The notes beneath the pieces were generated by a model that saw only the letters and a program-made list of their open reading frames with translations, made no database searches and was not told the DNA's origin. A DNA stretch of 64,000 nucleotides, taken from the IMG/VR virus record IMGVR_UViG_3300000553_000005, positions 64,001 through 128,000 of that record; one strand, 5' to 3'. This DNA is from a virus. Both the position numbers and the translations under genes were made by a program. This document shows positions 56,257 through 64,000 of the stretch, piece after piece; the stretch's first letter is position 1; each line of letters begins with the position of its first letter.

Positions 56257-56919
56257 ATGGCGAGAACTACTGTAGAGAAGCGTACAGCGGAGCGAATGTC
56301 CACAGAGAAGCAGTTCAAGAAGGTGAAGATCCGTCTTACAGAAAGGCGCAAGCGAGAACGAGAGGCTATTAAGAACCAGGACAACGCTTTGTCATGGCTA
56401 CCTGCGTTTACTCAAGCTACTTTTCCAGATGGGATTCTCCCTCGTATTCGTGCCTTTGAACATATTTGTCGCTCTGCTAAATACCTCTCTTCCGATTTTT
56501 CTCAGACAGATGTGAAGCAGTGGCTCAAAATGAGTGGCTATGTCCCTGATGGCCCTGGGTTTATTCTGAAGAGTGTAAAGTCTGCTGGAATTAGTAAGAT
56601 TAACCCCAGCAAACCTAAAAAGGATGTTGCCAGTTCTCGCAAAAAGAAGGAAACAATCGCCAAAATTAATTATGATGAGCATGAATTGATGTTCAGCTAT
56701 GATTGCATTGCCAATCTCAATTTGGGGAAAAAGATTACTAGGCGAAAAAGTACCATGGTAGAAGGACGAGCCATTTTTGGTAAAGCTGATGACGAAAGGA
56801 CCACTCCCACTTTTGGAGGTAATGGTAACCAGTATCATCATACCTACAGCAACCATCTTCAGCCCTTTATCATCACTTACAATAATGATGGTATCTATAT
56901 TAGTCACCGATTGCTTTAA
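56257..56919 (+). CDS. basic hypothetical protein
   Basis: GGTATAAT and AGGAG SD upstream. Confidence 0.7.
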   Translation: MARTTVEKRTAERMSTEKQFKKVKIRLTERRKREREAIKNQDNALSWLPAFTQATFPDGILPRIRAFEHICRSAKYLSSDFSQTDVKQWLKMSGYVPDGPGFILKSVKSAGISKINPSKPKKDVASSRKKKETIAKINYDEHELMFSYDCIANLNLGKKITRRKSTMVEGRAIFGKADDERTTPTFGGNGNQYHHTYSNHLQPFIITYNNDGIYISHRLL

Positions 56920-56930
56920 AGGAGAACCAA

Positions 56931-57098
56931 ATGAGTAGTTTTGAAACCAAGATTGTCATGACCCTGAAGAAGTCCACTAAGGGGACTCATGTGTATGCTA
57001 ACGAGGACAAGGGGGTTAGTGGAGTTTACATCCCTAAGGAATTTCTTCCCGATGAAGCCCCTAAGACTATTCTCCTCACTCTTTCGGAGGACAAATGA
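56931..57098 (+). CDS. small hypothetical protein, 55 aa (MSSFETKIVMTLKKSTKGTHVY...)
   Basis: AGGAG SD; below the ORF-track cutoff. Confidence 0.65.
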   Translation: MSSFETKIVMTLKKSTKGTHVYANEDKGVSGVYIPKEFLPDEAPKTILLTLSEDK

Positions 57099-57566
57099 GC
57101 AGCAAAGGTGTTTGTATAAATTGTAGATTCTGTTATGTATTAGATAGTACCCCCTACTCTTCAACTGCTGTTTGCCATAGGTTACATGAGTCTACTGGTC
57201 TTCCCCTTAACCGAAAATGTGAGGAAGAACGTCTAATTTCAATTCTTGGTAGCCCTTCTTGTGGGCCTGATGGGTACTTCTTTGAATCTAAGAGTTTTAA
57301 ATAATACACCAAAAATAGTCTAGAATTAGGTATAATAGGGTAAGGAGGACTACAGCTAGCGCAATCGGATGTTTTATGGTTTACAAAGGAATTTTCGGGA
57401 GGTAAACATGCTAGATCAAGAATGGCTGGTAATCCCCTGTATGATGGTGTCGTTTCTTATTCGCGTTCCAATCTTTATCATAACCTTTATGATTGGGAGT
57501 GTGGTGGATGCGGTTCGCTACGGTTGGGATTTGTCGAACTTTCATCAATGTGAATAGAGGTTAAAA

Positions 57567-58148
57567 ATGGAGCAAGGGAGTATCTTGAGAAAAATTAAAA
57601 GTCTAGCTGTTTCCAAGTTCTTCAGGGAGAGTCGTAAACCTGTGGGCTATGATGAGAGCTACAATGAAAAGACCCTTATTGAGATGGTTAGCAATAACTC
57701 CATCCTCTCCACTCCTGGGTATCGGGATGGCGTGGTTCTGGTTCCTGTGCTGCCCCGTTTCATGCGTTGCCCCGTTGTTCCTCTGACCCCTAATCTAGAG
57801 TTCAAGACCACCTACGAGAGCCGTATTCCGGGTGAAACGCCTCGTAAGCGCACGGTGGCTGTCGTTGATCAACTTCCCATCGCTGGTTATGTCTCTGCTG
57901 TTCTCTACCGCCATGATGTGCTGGTAGAGGATGGGGATGCCTCTGGTGATTCGGAATGGGAAGTGGTGGCTCTCCTGGCGCATCCTGAGTCCAAACCGGA
58001 ACCTATGAATGTGGGTACGTTAATGGCTAACCACTTCAAGGCAGCAGGGGGAACCGCTACCAACATGACCCCTGAGGAGTTTGAAAAGGCTCTGCGTGAA
58101 AGCTACAATTTCTGGAAGAATCATACCATGGCAGAGGTACGTTCATGA
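57567..58148 (+). CDS. DUF3228-like protein
   Basis: GY.DG, YESR..GE.P, VLY, WEVV, EPM..TLMAN...GG, SY.FW. Confidence 0.55.
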   Translation: MEQGSILRKIKSLAVSKFFRESRKPVGYDESYNEKTLIEMVSNNSILSTPGYRDGVVLVPVLPRFMRCPVVPLTPNLEFKTTYESRIPGETPRKRTVAVVDQLPIAGYVSAVLYRHDVLVEDGDASGDSEWEVVALLAHPESKPEPMNVGTLMANHFKAAGGTATNMTPEEFEKALRESYNFWKNHTMAEVRS

Positions 58149-59764
58149 AATATATTAAATTCACCATCCTATATCCTATCCTAGCTATTTCTTACTGCTT
58201 AGGATGTCCTGGTATTTTCCTGGCTACTTCTGAAACTCTCAATCGTATTAAGGGAATTCACAATGAACAACGATGAACTAGGTAAATATCTTCAAGCTTA
58301 CAGGGCGGGGCATAGTTGGGAAGACCGTTTCCTAGCCCAGCAGATTGAGTTATTTCAAAAAGATCTCAAACATGGAGTTGGAGTTCTTGGCTTGGAATCC
58401 TCCACTTCTGAGGATGTTTACTTCGCTTCTCTTATGGGAATTAAACTCTAATGGATAATCGTATTATGGATATCAAACAATCCAGACCTTACGAACACTC
58501 TATTCTTAGTATTTCACTAGATACTTCAGGCTTTGACAATGAAGAGGTCGAAGCCGTTCTTTTTTATAAAGAGTATGAGGATCATCCAGATCATCATCAT
58601 ATTTGCCTAAACCGTGTCGAGGCTTACAAACTATTTGTATGGTTAGAGGATAATATGGATAAATTGACATAAAATAAACTAACAAAATGTTATAATGGAG
58701 GAACGTTATGCGTAAATTCATTATAACTTGCTTGGCAGTTCCATTTATTATATTTAAAGTAGCTTTTTTATATAAAGATGACTCTCATATTAAACATACT
58801 ATTGCTATATCACAGGCAGTTGAACCTACCTATCGAATTTCAGCGCAACTTAATCCTGATTTACGAATTAAAATTTCCGCTGCTCTTTCAGAAATAAACA
58901 GAGATGGAACTGTCACTCCCATATTTATTTTAAAGACCCCAACTTTTTGAGTATTGATTGTTTTAAAGGAGGGTATCAAATGACTGTCTGGAAATATTGT
59001 GAATGTGGTTGTCATGGCTACGAATGCGGCAAGTATTGGGCCTTTCATGATCTAAGAGGAGATAATCTTTTTCATCTCCATAGAGGACACGGCTGGATTA
59101 GTCCAAAATTGGGGGTTTTTCAAACTGTGGAAGATTGCACAAGACAAATCAGGATTATGGAAGGTCATGATGAAATTGATTTTGAATTGGCAACGATTGA
59201 ATATGACTATGCAATCCATCCCGAGGCCATGAAACGTATTCGCTTAATTGTCGATCAACTTAAGGAGAGGTCTATTGCATCCTGAAACCACTCATATCCA
59301 GCAAAATCTGAACTTAGAAGTGGCTCATGGGACTCTCACTAAGACTTATAATCTATGGATCAAGAATCGTTTTTTTCAACTAACTCAACGTGAACTTGAC
59401 ACGTTACACGATGTTCTTGATAAACATCGAACAAATGAGTCAATTGGCTAAATAAAACGCCTCAAAAATAATTTGCCCAACTTTTGAAAAAGTCCGGTAT
59501 ACTACAGTATCGGAGGCGTCACCCATGCTTTTCACCTATTCAAGCGTTGAACGGATGAATGAACTGGTCGAGAAGGCCAATAAATCGCTTCGCAAGATTG
59601 GAATTTCTGAAATCGTGATTGATAGTGTAAAGACTCGTAAGGTGCAGGTTGGCGAGAACGCTTTTCTGGAACCCATCTACAAGGGTGAAGGCTTCAGTGA
59701 GGCTGAACTTCGTGATCTTAGAAATTATTTTGATTTAGTCATCCAATGAATCAGTATTATCCAA

Positions 59765-60052
59765 AGAAGGCGGTTCTTAAGTCCTGAGAACCTGGAATCG
59801 CCAGTTGTGTGTGGGCCTCAGGAGTCCTATCACGAAAGAGCTTGGACAGGCAATGCTCTTGCACTACTGGCCCCGAAAGGGGCCTTTGGTGGTGATGACA
59901 GGTAGGCCAACAACTTCGGTTGTGAAATCCTGACAGTGGCGAAGAATTGACTGTCCAGAGCCAGTTCAGTCTTCCGGTGGTGGGAGGGTGCGCAACCGAC
60001 TGCCATTTACGAGCCGGGAGGGGGAAGGCGAAAGCTCTCCCCCTTCTTTTTT
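59765..60052 (+). ncRNA. ~280-nt multi-helix ncRNA with its own promoter motif and terminator
   Basis: GC-rich and non-coding; GGCCCC-GAAA-GGGGCC, ACAAC-TTCG-GTTGT, AAGAGC/GCTCTT, GGCCT/AGGCC; AGTATTA at 59753; terminal hairpin plus T run. Confidence 0.75.
60016..60052 (+). terminator. rho-independent terminator
   Basis: GGAGGGGGA..GC-GAAA-GC..TCCCCCTTC followed by T run. Confidence 0.8.
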
Positions 60053-61383
60053 AACTTTCTAACCCTATCTTTGAGGGATGCTATGTTTGAATTTGAGGCT
60101 GGGTTATTAAAACAAGGCTACACCATTTGGGGTAAGAGAATATCTCAAAATATTCATTTTCTTCAGCCTGTAATCGACAAGATTGAAGGAAGATTAATTA
60201 AACATGGAGTCCCTTATCATCATAGTCACGGAGATCTCCCTATAAGTGTAGTAACAGGAAGTTTAGATGGAACCATAACTATCATCCCGTCTGAGGCAAC
60301 GTCAGATATTAATATTCTTTCCATTGGAAAGGCTATACCAGGAATGAAAGATGGCCCTCCCAATGACCCGAAAGCTAGATCTATACCGGAAGGGAGTGAC
60401 GTATATATTCTTACGGGGGTTAAAATGCTCACGGCCAAAGAATTTGTTGCCACTACTTCCTACGCTATTCTTTGGGGTAAATATAATGATTTGAAGCTTG
60501 GAGAACTATCTTTAGAGGATTGGTCAAAATTGTACAAGACCAAAACTAAGCTTGATTGGGAATTGAGTGAGAAGGAACTAAAAAAACAAACAAAATCTAA
60601 AAATTCTTGCTTCAAAAATTCAAAAATTGGGTATAATAGTGTATCGGAGGAAGACATGGAATGCATTCTTGGTGGGACTTACGAGGATTTGGCCGAAAAG
60701 CTTCGGGAAGATGGAATGGAAGAAGTTGAAATCAGCAAGCTCATCGCTGAATTGGAAATGGCTGTTGAAGCTGCATAACAAGAATTAATTTTAAAGGAAT
60801 TAGACATGATGGATAAGGCTCTAAAGACGTTTTTCGTTGCGGCTACGCTTCCTGGGGCCTTGCTGCTCCCCTATATGAATGGTCTGGTGAATGGGATAGC
60901 TGCTGCGGCTGGCTTCATCCTGTATCATCATGGTCATCCTGCTATTGGTATAGGTTTGATGGTATACGCTGCTGTCTCCAGTACCTTTACAGTGGCTTTG
61001 GCTAACCGAAGAGGATGATATTTAAAATGAGTCTTTTTGATAAGAAATCCTGCTTGGCTATTGGCGGTGGGGCTTTCCTTCTAGGTTATTTAGGATTGGG
61101 GTTATTTCAGTGTGGCATCTTACTCATCCCTGGCCTTGCTATTCTGGCAGTCATTAAGGACTATTCAGAAAAAAATTAAAGGAGTTAGTTGTGTTTCTCG
61201 CAGTGAGAAGCCCATAGAAGAGGAGGAGTGAGATGAGCCTGGAAAAAGACTTGAAGAGTGTTAAGCAGATATGGTGGGAAGGTGAGGATCTATTTATTTC
61301 TACTGAAGATGGAGCCACTATTCGTCTAGAGAAAGCCTACTTTATGTCTCACAGTGTTAAGCCCATAGAAGAAGAGAAGTAAC

Positions 61384-61590
61384 ATGCCTTGCCCTTGCCT
61401 CCTTGCTGATGAACCTTGCAGACCTGACTGCTCTTGTGTTAACCCTCTTATGTCTTGCGGCTGTCTTTGTTGCTGCACTTATGGTAGTCCTGAACAACAG
61501 AAACGTCAGGCTAATAGACTGGTCACTAACCAAAAAAGAACTCATGTCTTATGTGTGGGAAAACATGGAGAAGATAATTACTGGGGTTGA
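61384..61590 (+). CDS. Cys-rich small protein
   Basis: MPCPC...CRPDCSC...SCGCLCCCTYGS. Confidence 0.55.
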   Translation: MPCPCLLADEPCRPDCSCVNPLMSCGCLCCCTYGSPEQQKRQANRLVTNQKRTHVLCVGKHGEDNYWG

Positions 61591-61835
61591 GATTTAGCCT
61601 TTTTAGTTTCAGATATTTTCTTCTTGGTTTCTTCAGAACAACTTACCCCTTTATTCCAAGATGGTTTACCCATTTTAGCCTCAGATATTTTCCTTTTGGT
61701 TTCTTCAGTCATTACATGCCCTTGAAGACTGTCACTGATATGTTTCTTTTGCTCATCAGTTCTTTTCTTTCCTGTGTTAGCTTTTCCAACTTTCTCTGCA
61801 TGTTCTTTGGTAATTATTTGTTTACTCCTGAAAGG
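61578..61835 (-). pseudogene. relic homing endonuclease: NUMOD3 DNA-binding repeats only
   Basis: Minus frame reads ...RTDEQKKHISDSLQG, TEETKRKISEAKMG and SEETKKKISETKK; no nuclease domain. Confidence 0.75.
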
Positions 61836-61844
61836 TAGGTTGCT

Positions 61845-62960
61845 ATGCTAGAGGTACAGAAATTTCTTTTGTCCAATACTTTATCGGACCTTAAGGAAAA
61901 GTATGCCATCAATTATAGGGTGGGTGATATAGAAAGTTTGGTTAGTTTAAATTACAACCAGATTGAGTCTCCTATGGGAGAGAAGATTGTGCAGGAATGC
62001 CGACAGCTAATTCTGGAACTTGATACTTGGAGGGTAGTGTCTATAGCCCTAGACAAATTTTTCAATTACGCAGAACAGAAGTCCCCTGAGTTTGATTGGT
62101 CTAGCTTTAAGACTTATGAAAAGATTGATGGTTCTCTGATCTCGTTTTTTCACTATAATGGTCAGTGGTATTGTGCTACTCGCTCTGTCCCTGGAGCTAA
62201 CACTCCAGTTGATGAGACTGGTATGACTTTTAAGGATCTGGTCCTTCTTACTTTGAAGGACATGGGGACTTCCTGGGAGGGATTAACCTCTTACATGGAG
62301 CCTGGATACACTTATATTTGTGAGCTTACTTCTGAAGAGAATAGAGTTGTTTGCCAGTATAATGAGCGTAAATTAACTCTCCTAGCTATTCGTTCTATTC
62401 ATGAACCTTTTTTCAAAGAAAATAATTTGGAAATTTGGGAAGGCTATAATCAAGATTTTCCTCTGCCTCTTGTTACTCGTTATGATGGGTTTTCCAAGGA
62501 AGCTATCCTGGCTGAAGTGCAGGAGCGTAACCCCACTGAGCATGAAGGTTATGTGCTGGTGGATAAGAACTTCAATCGGGTTAAGATAAAGAGTAATGCT
62601 TACTGCTTAATGAGTTATCAACGTGACGGTTTGGGTAAGTCTAACCGTGCCCGACTGGAACTGATCTTCTCTGACAAGGTGGATGACGTTATTGGTCTTC
62701 TGCCTAAGTTCGTGCAGGAGAAGATTCTTTCTCTCCAGACCGCTCTAAATAACCTCGTTCAGAGTATTAATCAGACGTACGCTGAAATAAAGAATATTGA
62801 ATCACAGAAGGGCTTCGCTGCCGAAGCTATCAAGTATCGCTATTCGGCTGCACTATTCGCTCTCAGAGGTGGTCGTATCACGGACGCTCTGGAGTGGCTC
62901 AAGAGGGCTTCGGTCAAGAGTGTGCTGGGTTGGTTGCAGGTTGATGAGGAGGAAGAATAA
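61845..62960 (+). CDS. T4 Rnl1-family RNA ligase
   Basis: ECR.LI, KFFN, EKIDGS, CEL...NRVV, EGYV, RVKIK. Confidence 0.92.
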   Translation: MLEVQKFLLSNTLSDLKEKYAINYRVGDIESLVSLNYNQIESPMGEKIVQECRQLILELDTWRVVSIALDKFFNYAEQKSPEFDWSSFKTYEKIDGSLISFFHYNGQWYCATRSVPGANTPVDETGMTFKDLVLLTLKDMGTSWEGLTSYMEPGYTYICELTSEENRVVCQYNERKLTLLAIRSIHEPFFKENNLEIWEGYNQDFPLPLVTRYDGFSKEAILAEVQERNPTEHEGYVLVDKNFNRVKIKSNAYCLMSYQRDGLGKSNRARLELIFSDKVDDVIGLLPKFVQEKILSLQTALNNLVQSINQTYAEIKNIESQKGFAAEAIKYRYSAALFALRGGRITDALEWLKRASVKSVLGWLQVDEEEE

Positions 62961-63224
62961 TGAGTAATCGTGAAGCTGAACTTGAAGGCCAAGTCTACCG
63001 AATGGGTAATCAAATCAAAGAACTGACTGAAGATTTGTTAGCGGCTCACAATGCTCATGAAGGTACTATGCGTGACTTGATTGAAGCCTATGAGAGAATA
63101 GCTGTGCTGGAGCAGGGTCTAAAGGAAATCACTGAGGGTTATCGCTTCGGTCGTTATCCTGATGGCGTGGGTATGGCTGAAAAGTTGCTGGCCGGGGAAA
63201 AACTAGAATACAAGGGAGAATAAG

Positions 63225-63557
63225 ATGTATGCTGGCATGGAAAGTCATCAGAAGGGTTTTAATTTCTGGCTCCCCCTCGCTCTTCTTGGGGCAATCTTTG
63301 CCATCATGATTGGTGCTGCTGCTTGTGGGATAGCTTCAGCTTCAACAGAACAACGTTCTGATCGTGTCTGGAAGGCCCAGCAAGACCTTATGCCCCATGA
63401 GAGTTTCTATGTCTGCCCTAAGTGTGGGAGCCACGACACCAAAATCCAGTATCATCGTAAGGATCAGGTTTGCAGTTGTCTTGGTCGTCCCTGTGATATA
63501 GACCATCTTGCTGTTGAATGCAAACGTTGTGGTTTTGAAGGCTACGATCCTAAGTAA
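63225..63557 (+). CDS. membrane-anchored Zn-ribbon protein
   Basis: N-terminal TM helix; CPKCG...CKRCG. Confidence 0.65.
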   Translation: MYAGMESHQKGFNFWLPLALLGAIFAIMIGAAACGIASASTEQRSDRVWKAQQDLMPHESFYVCPKCGSHDTKIQYHRKDQVCSCLGRPCDIDHLAVECKRCGFEGYDPK

Positions 63558-63588
63558 AGCTCAGTATTGAACAAGAGGAGAACGAAAC

Positions 63589-63837
63589 ATGAAATACTTC
63601 CTAGCTATCGCCGCTGTTCTAGCTCTTACAGCTTGCACAGACGCTCAACGTGCCAAGATTACTTCCGTTGGTTCAGCCCATCATGTCCAGCTTTACTCAG
63701 GTGGTAAGCTAATTGGCGAATGGGATTCTACTGGTGCTGTGACCAATGAAGAACATTCTGATGGTTTTGTCTTTGTGGACGCGAAGACCCATAAGAATAT
63801 TGAGGTTGCGGGTCAGATTATCATCACTCAAGAATAA
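63589..63837 (+). CDS. lipoprotein
   Basis: Signal peptide with LTAC lipobox. Confidence 0.75.
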   Translation: MKYFLAIAAVLALTACTDAQRAKITSVGSAHHVQLYSGGKLIGEWDSTGAVTNEEHSDGFVFVDAKTHKNIEVAGQIIITQE

Positions 63838-63886
63838 ATTTTTTGCAAGTGAACAAATTTTTGAAATTTCAGTATTAAGATAGAGT

Positions 63887-63997
63887 AGGGCCAAGGATAA
63901 CAAAAGAACACGCAGTTGTTGTTACCTCCTTAAAGCAGTACGAAGTTGCAGTTGTCATTTTCAAGCGAAGCACATTAAGATTAAACTTCTTGGCCCT
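63887..63997 (+). ncRNA. small RNA closed by a 9-bp stem, unassigned
   Basis: AGGGCCAAG/CTTGGCCCT; AGTATTAA motif at 63871; no ORF. Confidence 0.4.
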
Positions 63998-64000
63998 TCT

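Noticed and set aside
59765-60052. Assigning this RNA to tmRNA, RNase P or a group II intron
   Set aside because: It has no tRNA-like ends or tag ORF, no GAGGAAAGTCC P4 motif, and no convincing domain V.
61587-61838. Phe-rich plus-strand ORF in the track
   Set aside because: It is the antisense shadow of the Lys/Glu-rich NUMOD3 relic.
1-64000. Stop-codon reassignment, CRISPR array, rRNA or DGR
   Set aside because: TAA, TAG and TGA all end well-packed genes, and conserved proteins are full length in code 11. I saw no regularly spaced repeats, rRNA motifs or reverse transcriptase by eye.

Overview
This window looks like a 64-kb segment of a large (jumbo-type) tailed dsDNA bacteriophage. It uses the standard genetic code, genes are mostly on the + strand, and Shine-Dalgarno (SD) sites are strong. 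Family names below come from motif recognition only; no searches were run. Bases 1-5.7k form a tRNA/ncRNA cluster: the 3' part of a large, highly paired ncRNA, tRNA-Gln, tRNA-Leu(CAA), tRNA-Lys, a tRNA-Leu(TAA) interrupted by a 41-nt hairpin in its anticodon, an Ala-identity tRNA-like RNA with an abnormal anticodon arm, several small structured RNAs and two HNH genes. The middle carries replication/recombination genes: SNF2, a likely SSB, an MTase, RuvC-like, RecA, split SbcC, SbcD, LigA, intein-containing DinG and DnaB. RNA end-healing/sealing genes are scattered through the window: PNK-like kinase, cyclic-phosphate receiver domain, Pol-beta nucleotidyltransferase, Rnl1 ligase and several phosphoesterases. 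A minus-strand operon encodes a 1236-aa polyprotein ending in an AdoMet-decarboxylase domain, followed by DUF3326 and a CxxCxxCC protein. Other features are a homing-endonuclease cassette that split the kinase gene and rebuilt its start, a ~280-nt independently transcribed structured RNA near 59.8-60.05 kb, and three recurring upstream promoter-like motifs. The best candidates for an undescribed system are (1) protein-dependent splicing or activation of phage tRNAs with anticodon insertions, (2) the ~280-nt ncRNA, and (3) a possibly virion-delivered polyprotein carrying AdoMetDC.
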